Shown here piece after piece: positions 13,640-27,059 of a stretch of DNA of 64,000 bases. This DNA comes from Mobula birostris. Lineage: Eukaryota. The stretch is from NCBI RefSeq assembly GCF_030028105.1, contig NC_092379.1, forward strand, positions 18,556,742 through 18,620,741. The letters are read 5' to 3'. How positions within the stretch are numbered: position 1 is the first letter of the stretch; each line of letters opens with the position of its first letter. Position numbers and translations under genes: made by a program. The notes under the pieces were generated by a model. That model did not search any database and had not been told where the DNA came from. It worked only from the letters and a program-made list of their open reading frames with translations.

Positions 13640-15275
13640 TGCCCACAGAACCTGGTCTTAGACTCTCCCAGTATAGGAAAAATCCTCTCCACATCCACTC
13701 TTATCAAGGCTTTTCAACATTTGATCAGTTTCAATAAGGGCACCACTCATTATTCTGAATTCCAGCAAGTACATGAAATTCTCTACTTATGACAAGCCTT
13801 TCAATCCCAGAATGATTTTTGTGAACTCTCCTCAATGTGACCACATTCTTTCTTAGATAAGGGGCCCAAAAGTGCTCACAGTACTTCAAGTTGGGCCTCA
13901 CCAATGCTTTCAAAGACTCAACGTTACATCCCTGCTCTTATCTTGTAGTCCACTTGGAATGAATGCTGACATCACATTTGCCTTCCTCACCACTGACACA
14001 ACCTGCAAATTAACCTTTAGGAAATCCCGCACAAGGACTCCCAAGTTCCTCTGCACTTCAGATTTTTGAAATTTCTGTCCGTTTAGAAAACAGTCTGCCC
14101 TTTTATTTCTTCTTCCAAAGTGCATGACCATACAATTCCAAACATTGTATTCCATCTGCTGCTTCATTGCCCGCTCTCCCAATCTGTTTTAGTCCTTCTG
14201 TAGCCTCTCTACTTCCTCAAAACTACCTGCCCCTCCACCCATCTTGATTCATGTGCAAACTTTGCAACAAAGCCGACAATACCATCATCCAAGTCATTGA
14301 CATTTTTCATTAAAAGCAGTCCCACCACTAGTCATCGGCAGCCAAACAGAAAAGTCTCCCTTTTATCCCATTCTTTGCCTTGTAGCAATCAGCCACTTTA
14401 TCCATGCTAGTGTCTTTCCTGTAATACCATGGGCTCTTAACTTGTGAAGCAGCCTCGTGTGCGGCGCCTTGTCAAATGCCTTCTGAAAATCCAAGTACAC
14501 AATATCCACCGATTCTATTCTGCTTGGTAACTCTTCAAAGAATTCCAACAAATTTCTCAGGCAGGCTTTTCCTCGAGAAAACCATGCTGACTGTGGCCTG
14601 CTTTATGATGTGCCTCCAAGTACCCAGAAACTACAACCTTAACAATCAACTCCAAAATCTTCTCAACCACTAAGATCAGATTAACTGGCCAACAATGTCC
14701 TTTCTTCTGCCTCTCTCCTTCTTAAAAAGAGGAGTGACATTTCCAATTTTCCAGTCTTCTGGAACCATTCCAGAATCTAGTGATTTGTGAACAATCATCA
14801 CTAATGCCTTCCCAGTCTCTTCAGTCACCTCCTCCAGAACCCTGGGGTGTACACCATCTGGTCCAGGTGACCTACCTACCTTCAGACCTTTCAGTTTCTC
14901 AAGAACCTTCTCCCTAGTAATGGCAGAGTCTCCCACTTCTGCCCCCTGACACTCTCGAAATTCCCATACAGCTCGTGCCTTCCACAGTGAAGACTGATGC
15001 AAAATACTTCTTTAGTTCTTCAGTTTGTCCACCATTTCCTTGTCCCCTATTACTATCTCTCCAGCATCATTGTCCAGTAGTCTGATATCCATTTTCTTCT
15101 CTCTTTCACAATTTATGTATCTGAAGAAACCTTTGGTATCCTTTTTAACAGTATTGGCTAGCTTACTTTTGTATTCCATGCTTTTCTTCTGTAAGGCCTT
15201 TTTCATTGCCTTCTGGTGGTTTTTAAATTCTTCCCAGTCTAACTGCCCACCAATTCTTGCTCCATTATATTAACT
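13640..15275 (-). mobile_element. CR1 LINE ORF2 fragments
   Basis: VYLDFQKAFDK, SPGPDGVHPRVL, VESVVRKAN-like motifs in the minus ORFs. Confidence 0.9.
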
Positions 15276-15814
15276 TCCTGCCATAGGGATTGCGTTTACC
15301 AGTCTATAGTTTCTGGCATTTTATGGGATCGATTCCCATCAATGAGAGGACTCCTTCATCCGGTTATCAGCAGTCATTTGGACAAAGCCCCAGGATGAGA
15401 TTGAAAGGAAGAAATCTCAGTCTGTCTCTGTGGGAATGCCCCCAAACGCAGTATTGTGCAAAAATATACTTGGATCAGAATTTGGAGAGTCACACGTTCA
15501 CAAAGTCGAGGAGATTTCCAGTGCCTAGAACACAGGGTGCAGAGCAGGAAGTGAGAAACATGTCCCGGATTTGGATATTAGTCCAGTACACTGGCCTTTG
15601 AGGATCTCTCCCTCGTACTCTGACCTCTCCCTCCTTGTCCTTCCTTGTTTCCCTCCCTCTTTCACCTTCCACCTTCTCTATTCATTTCATCAAGGGGTTG
15701 AGTTGGTGATGCAGATACGCAAGTTCAGATCACATCACGGCAGCTGGGATGTTTAAACTCAGTTCATTAAACATGTAACTGTGGCTTTGACGAAATGGAT
15801 TGATGTCCGTGTTT

Positions 15815-15960
15815 CAAGGAAGGGAATCTACTGACTTTACCTGGTCTGGCCTGTATATGTCTCCAGGCCCACGGTAATGTAGTTGACCTTTAACTGCACT
15901 GTGAAATGACCCAGTAATCCACCCAGTTCAAGAGCAGTTGGGATGGGAAAGAAATGTTGT
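15815..15960 (+). repeat. Old chondrichthyan SINE 3' remnant (HE1/DeuSINE-like)
   Basis: Recognised by resemblance to the recalled ACCTGGTCTGGCCT...CCCAC..CAATGT.GTTGAC motif; a similar remnant lies near 55590-55780. Confidence 0.45.
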
Positions 15961-17928
15961 TCTACTCACATCTCATGACTGAATAACTAAAAGTCATCCA
16001 CGGTTATATTGTATCATGACGGATCCATCACAGTTTAGATTTGTGATCAATCCCATGAGATTGGGATTGATTTTAATTTAAATTGCAGATATAGCATTAG
16101 GAATGACTCTTGTCAATAGTTGGATTGGCCAGTCCTGCTTACACATGAGTGACCAGTGTAAGTTCAGGTTATGGGCATGGGAAATCTCCACAGGATCTGG
16201 TCCTAAGTCATCTCCTTAGCTGCAATAACTTCCCCAGTATCTGAGTCAGTGCCATGCCCCCTCATGACATGCTCTGCACTCCAGGTTATGGGCACAGGGA
16301 GTCTCCTACAATACATGATTGTGGGTGCAGTCTCTAAAATCTGCTCCATATATATTTTCCCAAATGTCCGAACATGGTGCATTCCTCAGATATGGGGTTG
16401 GGAATCTGATACTCGGATTCTTCCAAATAGCTGATTTTAAATTGCTTCTCAAACATGGGAATCACCACCCTTCCCGAAGATCATTCGTGCATTCCCAAGC
16501 TCTTGTCATACTTCCTCATGAATGATGTTGAGAATTAACCACAATTTCTGGTCCTGTGGAGGAGTATTTTTCTCATTGTCTGCTCTTTCATAGTTTTCCC
16601 CAATGTCTATTCCTGGAGTATATTCCTTCAATATCTGGTCCTGTGTGCCTTCCTCTAATGTCTGTCCCTTGGACTTACTCTGCTCAAATCAGGTGCTGGT
16701 GTCCATCACACAAACATCTGTTGTATTCTATTCTATCTTGGTTTGCATTAATTTCGTACCTGTTTATCTTTTCTACTCCTGGTGTTGTATTTTCCTGCAT
16801 TGGCATATTTTAAAAAAAATGCTATTTCTTGCTGACATCCCATTCAAACATGTGTCTGGTCGATATACAGTTCTGCTTCACCTGTACTTGTACCAACACC
16901 TCCACACTCTCTGATGGGTTTCCTTCAGCTTAGCACCGAGCAGGCCAAAAGCTTTGGTCCCCACAGTAAGTTCTGTTTCACGGCAGTGATGCTGTTAAGT
17001 GCCTTTTCAGTGGCCTGAGAACAAAAATTCAGGGTGACTTGACAGTTCACTGTAGTGCAGAGGGACAAAGGTGCTGCCTTTCAGCTGAGACATTGAAGGG
17101 AGATTGTGCATACAATGGAGAAGCTCCTGTACCTACAGCTTTATAGGACATGGAGGGTGGAGATTAGGATAATGTGTTGAAATATGGGATTGAGACACTC
17201 ATTATTAAACATTCCACCAATATCTGTATCTGGGATGTGTAACACGGTTCTGAAAAACTCTTCCAATGGGCCTCTGTGTTTTCCTGAATATCTTTCTCAG
17301 GGTGCAGCACCTTGGTATTCCTACCATGGGAAATCCATTAAGAACATGAACAGTATGTGTGGGGCTACACTCATATATCACAGGCTGGAAATCTCTCCGA
17401 TATTTGTCCCGGGATGCACTACCCATTTGTTGTACTTGGACGCATGTGAAGTCACTGCAGTGATGAGGGAACTAAGATGGGCTGAATGGTTTTATCAACT
17501 CCAGACACTTCATTTTCTCATTTACTTTGTTTTTTAATTCACATAATTTCAAATCATGATATAAACTTCAGCAGAATAATGAAAGAAAAGCTACAGGCAA
17601 TGATTTCCATAATGTCTGATTTCCAAAATATGACAGAACAAGATCCCAAGCCCCCTCTCCACCACAATCCCCGTCCCCATGTCAACTTCTTGCTCCATAA
17701 CAATAATACCCATTTCCTCACCTCCCTCTTCTCTTTCACTAAGCACACCCATATTCCCCGCTCCCCATTCCCAAGCCTTAACCCTGCCTTCCTCTCCCCT
17801 CCTGTAAACCCCCTCCAGTGTCACATATCCTGCCATTTTCCCAATGTATCATCCACTGCTGTCCCTCCGCCCACTGAACCGGCTCTGTGCCCCCATTTCC
17901 CATCTGGCATCCCCGGTACATTTAGAGG

Positions 17929-17934
17929 TTTATT
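17929..17934 (-). terminator. Candidate polyadenylation signal of the membrane transcript
   Basis: AATAAA on the minus strand about 125 nt after the candidate TM2 stop. Confidence 0.5.
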
Positions 17935-18059
17935 TCCTGAAATGAGCAGTTGCAGTGCAGTAGCCTCGGATTGCCGAGTGAGTGAGATGGAGACTCCATT
18001 TCCAAACATCGCAGCCACACGGGGATCTCTTGACTGAATGTGGGGCGTGTGTCTGCTGG

Positions 18060-18071
18060 TCACTGCTGAAC
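18060..18071 (-). CDS. IgW: Candidate IgW TM2 exon, coding part VQQ*
   Basis: Strong acceptor ctctcctgtctatatttcag|GTT CAG CAG TGA; phase 0 matches the TM1 donor; non-repetitive context; AATAAA follows. Confidence 0.55.
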   Translation of the reverse strand, partial: VQQ

Positions 18072-18299
18072 CTGAAATATAGACAGGAGAGTATGATATT
18101 GTGTGTGACAAGGTGCAGCACAGACATTAACCTGTGAGGACAGGTGAACTAAATAACAGATGGTCTGTCCTCATTCCAGGAGGTGGAATCCCATAAAGAG
18201 ATGTCTGTCATTAGTCTCCGAGGTCACACCAAAACAAAAACCTGAATACCAGTTCAGACCTTTAGGGTGATCCACAGTTGGGCTAATGTTTTAGTTCCT

Positions 18300-21200
18300 G
18301 ACTAAAACCATAAGATAAGACATAGGAGCAGAATTAGGCCATTTGGCCCATTGAGTCTGCTCCAGCATTTCATCATGGCTGATCCAATTTCCCTCTCAGC
18401 CCCAATTACCTGCCTTCTCCCAGTATCCCTTCATGTCCTGACTAATCAAGAATCTATCAACCTCTTCCTTACATATACCCAGTGAGTTGGGTACCACAGC
18501 TGCCTGTGGCAATGAATTATACAGATTTTCCACTCTCTGGCTAAAGAAATTCCCCTTCACCTCTGTTCTAAGTGGATGGCCCTCTATTCTGAGGCTGTGT
18601 CCTCTTGTCTTAGACTCTCCCACCACAGAAAACTCCTCAACACATCAACTCTATTGAAATTTCAACATTCGATAGGTTTCAATGAGGTCCCCCTCATCCT
18701 TGTAAATTCCAGTGAATACAGACCCTGAGCCATCAAACACTTGTCATATGATAAGCCTTTCGATCCCTGAATCATTTTTGTGAACCTGCTCTGAATCCTC
18801 TTCAATTTCAGCAAATCCTTTCTTAAAAAAGGTGCTCAAAACTGCTCACCATACTACAAGTGAGACCTCACTAGTGCCTTAGAAATACTCAACATTACAT
18901 CCTTGCTTTTATATTTTATTTCTTTTGAAATGAATTCGAACATTGCATTTGCCTTCCTTGCCACAGACTCAACCTGCAAATTAGCCTTAATGGAATCCCA
19001 CACAAGGACTCCCAAAGCCCCGCACTTCAGATTTTTGAATTTTCTCTCCATTTATAAAATAGCCTACGCCTTCATTTCTTCTCCTGAAGTATTTGACCAT
19101 TCACTTCCCAACACTTTATCATATCTGCCACTTCTTCGCCCATTCTCTTAATCTGTCTAAGTATTTCTGTAGCCTCACTTCTTCCTCAACTCTACCAGCC
19201 CCTCCACCTATCTTTGGCCATAAAAACCATCAATTTTCTAATCCAAATCATTGACATTTTACATGAAAAGATGCAGTCCCAACACAGACCCTTGTGGAAC
19301 ACCACCAGTCACCAGCAGCTAACCAGAAAAGGCTCCCTTTATTCCTACTCTTTCCCTCCTGTCAATCAGAGAATGTTCTATCCATGCTAGTATCTTTCCT
19401 GTAGTACTATGGGTTCTTTGGTAACACACACACACACAATGCTGGAGGAGCTCAGAAAGCCTGGCAGCATCTGTGAAAAAGACTAAACATTCAAAGTTTC
19501 AGACTGATGAAGGGACTTGGCCCAAAACATCGTTTGTTTACTCTTTTCCATAGATGCTGCCTGCCATCATCCTGCCTTTAGAATATTTCTTCTTTGGGTT
19601 GCATCTATCTTGTGCCTTTCAAATTGCTCCCAGAATCTCCAACCATTCCTGCTCTGTCATCATCCCTGCTGGTGTCCCCTTCCAAATAAATTTTGGCCAG
19701 CTCCTCTCTCATGCCTCTGTCATTCCCTTTACTCCACTGTAATTCTGATCCATTGATTTTAGCTTCTCCTTCTCAAATTAATTGCAGGATGAATTAAATC
19801 ATATTTTGATCATAGCTCCTAGCGTTCCCTTACTTTAAACTCTCCACTCCAGTTCATTGCACAACACCTAATCCAGAATAGCTAATGCCGAGTGGGCTCA
19901 TTCATCACCTGCTCTAAAACAACCCATAAGCATTCTACAAATTCTTTCCCTTGGGATGCGGCACCAAAATAATTTACTACAGCATGGGCCATTTGGCCTG
20001 CACTGTTGTGCAGAACCAGTTATAAAGCAAATCGAAAGCACCCAAGCACCAATCCCTACCACCTACACCATGTCCATATCCCCCCTTCTTCCCTACATCC
20101 ACTTGCCTATCCAAACATCTCTAATGTATTTGCCTCTACCATCACATCAGCCAGTGCATTCCAGACATCCTCCACTCTCTGAGTATAAAACTAAGCCCTC
20201 ACATCCCCTTGATCCTATCCCCCTCACCTAAAATTCATGCTCTCTGGTAATACATATTTCAACCCTGGGAAAGAGATACTCTCTCTCCACTCTATCTTTG
20301 TCTCTCATAATCTTGTAAACCTCGAGTAGATCCCGCACCCCCCAGCCTCCAAAGCTCCAGAGAAAACAACCCAAGTTTATGTGGCCTCTCCTGATTGCAT
20401 GTTCCCTCGAAACCAGGCAGCATCCTGGCAAACCTCCTCTACACCCTCTCCAAAGCCTCAACATCCTTCCAATAGTAGGGCAACCAGAATTGTCCGCAAT
20501 ACTTCAGTGTGGTCTAACCTGAGTTTTATAAAGTTGTAACATAACCTCCTGACTTTTGAACTCAATGCCTCGATTAATAAAAGCAAGCATTCCTTAAACC
20601 TTGTTAACCAATTTATTGACCTGTGTAGCCACTTTCAAGGAGTATGACCTTGGATCCTATGATCTCTCTGCTTAACAATACTGTAAAAGACCTTCCCCTT
20701 AAAGGTGTACTGTCTCTTTACATTTGCCCTCCTGAGGTGTAACACCTCACATTTATCTGGATTAATCTCCATCTGCCATTTCTGAGTCCACATCTGCAGC
20801 TGATCAATGTTGTGCTGTATTCTTTGCCAGTCTTGCACACTATCCACAACTCCACCAGCCTTGGTATCATTCGCAAATTTACAAATCCACTCATCCACAT
20901 TTTCATCCAGATTACTTATATACATTACAAACAGCAGAAGTCCCAGCACAGATACCTATGGGACTTCACTAATTACCGACCGCCAGCTTGAACAAATCCC
21001 CTAAACCATTAGCCTCTGTCTTCTATTCGCAAGCCAGTTCTGAATCCAAACAGCTGGTTTGCCACGGACCCCATGTATCTTAATCTTCTGGATTAGCCTC
21101 CCATGAGGGACTTTGTCAAATGCCTTACTAAAATTCATGTGGACAGCATCCACTGCCCTACCGTCATCAATCTGTCTTACCTTGTCAAAAAACTATCAAG

Positions 21201-21722
21201 TTGTAAGGCACAACCTGCCACGCATAAAGCCATGCTGGCTCTCCCTAATTAGGCCATGGCTTTCCAAAAGGGGATATCGAGGTACAACATTAGCCACTCG
21301 CCAGTCCTCTGAGAACTCACCTGTGGCAAGATAGGACACAAAGAGACTGGTCTCTTGCCTCCTTCAATAACCTGGAGTAAATCCCATCTGGGCTGTAGGA
21401 CATCCATCTTAATCCTGATCAAGAGGCCCAACACTTCCTCCTCCTTGACTCTAAATGCCCAAATGTATTTATCTCCTCAGCACTGATCTCCATATCCTTT
21501 TCTTTGGTAAATACTGAAGCAAAGTACTCATTTGGCACCTCATTCATATTCTCTGCATCCAAGCAAATATTACCGCTCCCCCCATCCTTGAGTGGTCACA
21601 TCCTCTCCTGAGTTATCCTCTTATTCTTGATGTATGTATAAAATGCCTTGAGATTCACCTTAATCCTACTTGTCAAGGACTTTTCATGGCCCCTCCTGGC
21701 TTCCGTCATTCCCTTTAGTTCC
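18300..21722 (-). mobile_element. Cluster of older CR1 LINE 3'/RT fragments
   Basis: Multiple minus ORFs with CR1 RT and 3' peptides (MVGESKTRGHSLRIEG, ICKFANDTKAGGVVDS); CATAAG-type tails. Confidence 0.85.
19425..19565. mobile_element. Penelope-like element terminal fragment
   Basis: ACACAATGCTGGAGGAGCTCAG...GCAGCATCT and CATAGATGCTGCCTG terminal motifs, also seen at about 56960-57050. Confidence 0.55.
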
Positions 21723-21728
21723 TTTATA

Positions 21729-24548
21729 TAGAACATAGAACATAGAATTGTACAGCACATTATAGGCCCTTCGGCCCACAATATTGTGCCGACCCTCAAA
21801 CTCTGCCTCCCATATAACCCCCCCACCTTAAAGTCCTCCATATACCTGTCTAGTAGTCTCTTAAATTTCACTAGTGTATCTGCCTCCACCACTGACTCAG
21901 GCAGTGCGTTCCATGCACCAAGCACTCTGAGTGAAAAACCTTCCTCTAATATCCCCCTTGAACTTCCCACCCCTAACCTTAAAGCCATGTCCTCTTGTAT
22001 GGAGCAGTGGTGCCCTGGGGAAGAGGCGCTGGCTGTCCACTCTATCTATTCCTCTTAATATCTTGTACACCTCTGTCATGTCTATGGGAGAGTATAGGAG
22101 CAGGGATGTGATGTTGAGGCTCTATAAGGTGCTGGTGAAACCTCACTTGGAGTACTGTGGGCAGTTTTGGTCTCCTTATTTAAGAAAGGATGTGCTGACG
22201 TTGGAGAGGGTACAGAGAAGATTCACTAGAATGATTCCGGGAATGAGCGGGTTAACATATGAGGAACATTTGTCTGCTCTTGGACTGTATTCCTTGGAGT
22301 TTAGAAGAATGAGGGGAGACCTCATAGAAACATTTCGAATGTTGAAAGCAACGGACAGAGTGGATGTGGCCAAGTTGTTTCCCATGATGAGGGAGTCTAG
22401 TACGAGAGGGCATGACTTAAGGATTGAAGGGCGCCCATTCAGTACAGAGATGCAAAGAAAATTTTTTAGCCAGAGGGTGGTGAATCTATGGAATTTGTTG
22501 CCACGGGCAGTAGTGGAGGCCAAGTCATTGGGTGTATTTAAGGCAGAGATTGATAGGTATCTGAGTAGCCAGGGCATCAAAGGTTATGGTGAGAAGGCGG
22601 GGAGTGGGACTAAATGGGAGAATGAATCAGCTCATGATAAAACGGCGGAGCAGACTCGATGGGCCAAATGGCCGACTTCTGCTCCTTTGTCTTATGGTCT
22701 TTTGTCTCTTGTCATCCTCCTTCTCTCCAAAGAGTAAAGCCCTAGCTCCCTTAATCTCTAATCCATACTCTCTAAACCAGGCAGCATCCTGGTGAAACTC
22801 CTCTGTACCCTTTCCAATGCTTCCACATCCTTCCTATAGTGAGGCAACCAGAACTGTACACAGTACTCCAAGTGTGGCCTAACCAGAGTTTTACAGAGCT
22901 GCATCATTACCTCGCGACTCTTAAACTCTATCCCTTGACTTATGAAAGCTAACACCCCATAAGCTTTCTTAACTACCCTATCAACCTGTGAGGCAAATTT
23001 CGGGGTTCTGTGGACATGTACCCCCAGATCTCTCTGCTCCTCCACACTACCAAGTATCCTGCTATTTACTATGTACTCTGACTTGGAGTTTGTCCTTCCA
23101 AAGTGTACTACCTCACAATTCTCCGGGTTGAACTCCATCTGCCACTTCTCAGCCCACTTCTGCATCCTATCAATGTCTCTGCAATCTTCGACAATCCTCT
23201 ATACTATCAACAACACCACTAACCTTTGTGTCATCTGCAAACTTGCCAACCCACCCTCCTACCCCGACATCCAGGTCATTAATAAAAATCACAAATAGTA
23301 GAGGTCTCAGAACCAATCCTTGTAGGACACCAAAAGTCACAACCCTCTAATCCAAATGTTCTCCCTCCACCATGACCCTCTGCCTTCTGCAGGCAAGCCA
23401 GTTCTGAATCCACCTGGCCAAACTTCCCTGGATCCCATGCCTTCTGACTTCTGAATAAGCCTACTGTGTGAAACCTTGTCAAATGCCTTACTAAAATCCA
23501 TGTAGATCACAACTGCACTACCCTCATCTATATGCCTGGTCACCTCGTCAAAGAACTCCATCAGGCTTGTTGGACACGATCTGCCCTTCACAAAGCCATG
23601 CTGACTGTCCCTGATCAGACTATGATTCTCTAAATGCCCATAGATCCTATCTCTAAGAATCTTTTCCAAAAGCTTTCCCACCACAGACGTAAGGCTCACT
23701 GGACTATGATTACCTGGACTATCCCTACTTCCTTTTTTGAACAAGGGGACAACATTCGCCTCCCTCCAATCCTCCGGTACCATTTCCGTGGACAACGAGG
23801 ACATAAAGATCCTTGCCAGAGGCTGAGCACTCTCTTCCCTCGCCTCGTGGAGCAGCCTGGGGAATATTCCATCAGGCCCTGGGGACTTATCCATCCTAAT
23901 GTATTTTAATAACTCCAACACCTCCTCTCCCTTAATATCGACATGCTCCAGAACATCAACATCACTCATATTGTCCTCACCGTCTTCAAGTTCCCTCTCA
24001 TTGGTGAATACTGAAGAGAAGTATTCATTGAGCACCTTGCTCACTTCCACAACCTCCAGGCACATCTTCCCACCTTTATCTCTAATCGGTCCTATCTTCA
24101 CTCCTGTCATCCTTTTGTTCTTCACATAATTGAAAAATACCTTGGGGTTTTCCTTTATCCTACTCGCCAAGGCCTTTTCATACCCCCTTCTTGCTCCTCA
24201 GCCCCTTCTTTTGCTCCTTTCTTGCTTCCCTATATTCTTCAATAGACCCATCTGATCTTTGCTTCCTAAACCTCATGTATGCTGCCTTCTTCCACCTGAC
24301 TAGATTTTCCACCTCACTTGTCAACCATGGTTCCTTCACCCTACCATTCCTTATCTTTCTCACTGGGACAAATTTATCCTTAACATCCTGCAAGAGATCC
24401 CTAAACATCGACCACATGTCCACAGTACATTTCCCTGCAAAAACATCATCCCAATTCACACCCGCAAGTTCTAGCCTTAATGCATCAAAATTTGCCCTTC
24501 CCCAATTAAAAATTTTCCAATCCTCTCTGATTCTATCCTTTTCCATGA
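21729..24548 (-). mobile_element. Young CR1 LINE, same subfamily as 3424-5750, interrupted by another CR1
   Basis: 277-aa RT ORF 23337-24170; TTTATA duplication at 21723-21728 and 24549-24554. Confidence 0.95.
22084..22702 (+). mobile_element. 5'-truncated CR1 3' end nested in the young CR1
   Basis: YRSRDVMLRLYKVLVKPHLEYC; CTTATGGTCTT tail; TGTCT duplication at 22079-22083 and 22703-22707. Confidence 0.9.
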
Positions 24549-24734
24549 TTTATACTCCTCACGTGCTTCATTTGATTCAAACTTCTGAAGGTTTACATAC
24601 TTTTTCTTCTTGACTAAGTTCATCACATCTCTGGATATCCAAAGTTCTCTTATATTTCCATCCCCATCCTTCCTTCTAACAGGTACATACCTTTCCTGTA
24701 CTCTGTGTAATTGCTCTTTAAACATCTTCCACTC

Positions 24735-26170
24735 TTTAAGAAGGGAGGAAGGCAAAAAAAAGGAAATTATAGGTCAGTTAGCCAAAACTCAGTGGCTGGG
24801 AAAGTGTTGGAGTCTCTTATTAAGGATGAGTTTTTGGGGTATTTGGAGACTAATGATGATATAAGTCAAAGTCAACATCGTCTCTACAATGGGAAATCTT
24901 GCCTGACAAATCTGTTAGAGTTCTTCAAGGAAGTAACAAGCAGGGTGGACAAAGGAGAGGCAGTGGATGTCATTTACTTGGATTTTCAGAAGGCATTTGT
25001 TAAGGTGCCACACTTGAGGCTACTCAACAAGATAAAATCCGATGATGTTACAGGAAACGTACCGGCATGGATAGAGGAATGGCTGACAGGCAGCAGGCAG
25101 TGAGTGGGAATAAGAGGGGCCTTCTCTGGTTGGTTGCCATTGACGAGTGATGTTCCGCAGGGATCAGTATTGAGACCGCTACTTTTCAGATTGTTTGTTT
25201 ATGACTTTGATAATGGAATTGATGGCTTTGTGGCAAAGTATGAAGATAGGTAGAGGGGTAGATAGTGCTGAGGAAGCAATGCAATTGCAGCATGACTTAG
25301 ACAAATTGGAAGATTTGGAAAAAAGTGGCAGATGAATTACAATCTAGGGAAATGTATGATAATGCATTTTGGTAAAAGGAACAATAGTGCGGACTATTAT
25401 CTAAATGCGGAGAAGGTTCAAACATCAGAGGTGCAAAGGGACTTAGGAATCCTTGTGTAAGATTCCCAGAAGGTTAATTTACAGGTCAAGCCTGTGATGA
25501 AGAAAGCAAATGGAATGTTGGCATTTATTTCAAGGGGAATAGAATATCAAAGCAAGGAGATAACGCAGAGGCTTCATAAGACACTAATCAGGCCACACTT
25601 GGCATACTGTCATCGGTTTTGGGCCCAATATCTCAGAAAGGATGTGTTTTCATTGGAGAGTCCAGAGAAGGTTCATGAGGATGATTCCAGGAATGACGGA
25701 GTTAAGGTATGAGGAGCAAATGGCAGATTTGGGCCTGTACTCACTGGAATTTAGTAGAATGCGGGGGAATCTCAGTTACCAAATGTTTACCAAACATCTA
25801 CCAAATGTTGAAAAGACTAGATAGGATGGATGTGGAGTGTATGTTTCCTCTGGTGGGGGTATATGGAACAAGAGAGCACAGCCTCAAACTTGAGGGGCAA
25901 TCTTTTAGAACAAAGGTAAGGAGGAATTTTTTTAGCCTGAAAATGCTGAATCTGCGGAATGCTCTGCCACAAACTGCAGTAGAGGCCAAATCATGGATGT
26001 ATTTAAGGTGGAAGTTAATAGTTTCCTAATCGGTCAGGGCATCAAAGAATATGGCGAGAAGGCAGGTGTATGAGGTTGAGTGGAGTCTGGGATCAGCCGT
26101 GATGGAATAGCAGGGCAGCCTTGATGGGCTGAATGGCCTAATACTGCCCCCGTCTCACGGTCTTATGTCT
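24735..26170 (+). mobile_element. CR1 LINE RT and 3' end
   Basis: KSCLTNLLEFF, VIYLDFQKAF; 3' tail CTCACGGTCTTATG. Confidence 0.9.
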
Positions 26171-26209
26171 GATATGGACTTGCCAGAGAAAAGGTGTTCC
26201 CAATTAACG

Positions 26210-27050
26210 CTTCTTAGTTCCTGCCTAATGCCCTTGTAGGTTGCCCTGTGTCAATTTAAATCTCTTCCACAAGGACCATACCTATCCTTGTCGATAGCTA
26301 TCCCAATCCCAATTTATCCGCATATTGAAATTCCTGATTACTCTCTTAACATTGCACTTTTGACATGCATTTTCTATCTCTCATTGTAATTTGTAGACTG
26401 CATCTTTGCTACTGTGCGGAGGTCTGTATATAACTCATATCAAGGACTTTACCCTTACTGTTTCTTAGCTCTACCCACAACAACTCTACAACTTCTGATC
26501 CTTTGTCACGTCTTTCTAATGATTTGATTTAATTTTTTTCCCAACACAGCTACACCACGCCTTCTACCTATCTCCCTGTCCTTTCAATTCAATGTTTTTT
26601 CTTTGGGCATCACCCCAAGGTTCATCACCCTTTTCCATTTTGTCCCCCTTTTACATTTCAACTCATCCCATTGACTGCAATTTTGCCCTAACATCAGCCT
26701 TTGCTTGCTAGCAGACTCACTACACACTGCCTCTGTTTGTAAACCAACGAATAGGTCCTCAGCTCTATCACTCCATTTTCCATCCCCTGCCAAATTAGTT
26801 CAAACCCTTCTGAACAGCTCCAGCAAACCTGCCCACAAAGATATTTATCTGCCTTGGATTCACGTGCAACCCATGAATATTCTTCCACCTTTTCCTTATC
26901 AAGACCCAGAAGACCCAGCATACTGATGCAGCTTCAGAGAAGGCACAACAGCTGCTGTATTTGTTTAGGAGCTTGAGGAGTTTTGGTATGTCACTGTGGA
27001 GAGCAGTCTCACTGCACACTGCTTCTGTTTGTAAACCAACAACAGAATAT
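26210..27050 (-). mobile_element. Degenerate CR1 ORF1 end and endonuclease region
   Basis: Homologous to 37600-38690; minus ORFs resemble the CR1 ORF1/ORF2 junction. Confidence 0.7.
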
Positions 27051-27059
27051 TATTTACTA

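Noticed and set aside
15290-17550. Many short ORFs in unique sequence as host genes
   Set aside because: No recognisable domains or consistent splice structure; interspersed with SINE and CR1 remnants.
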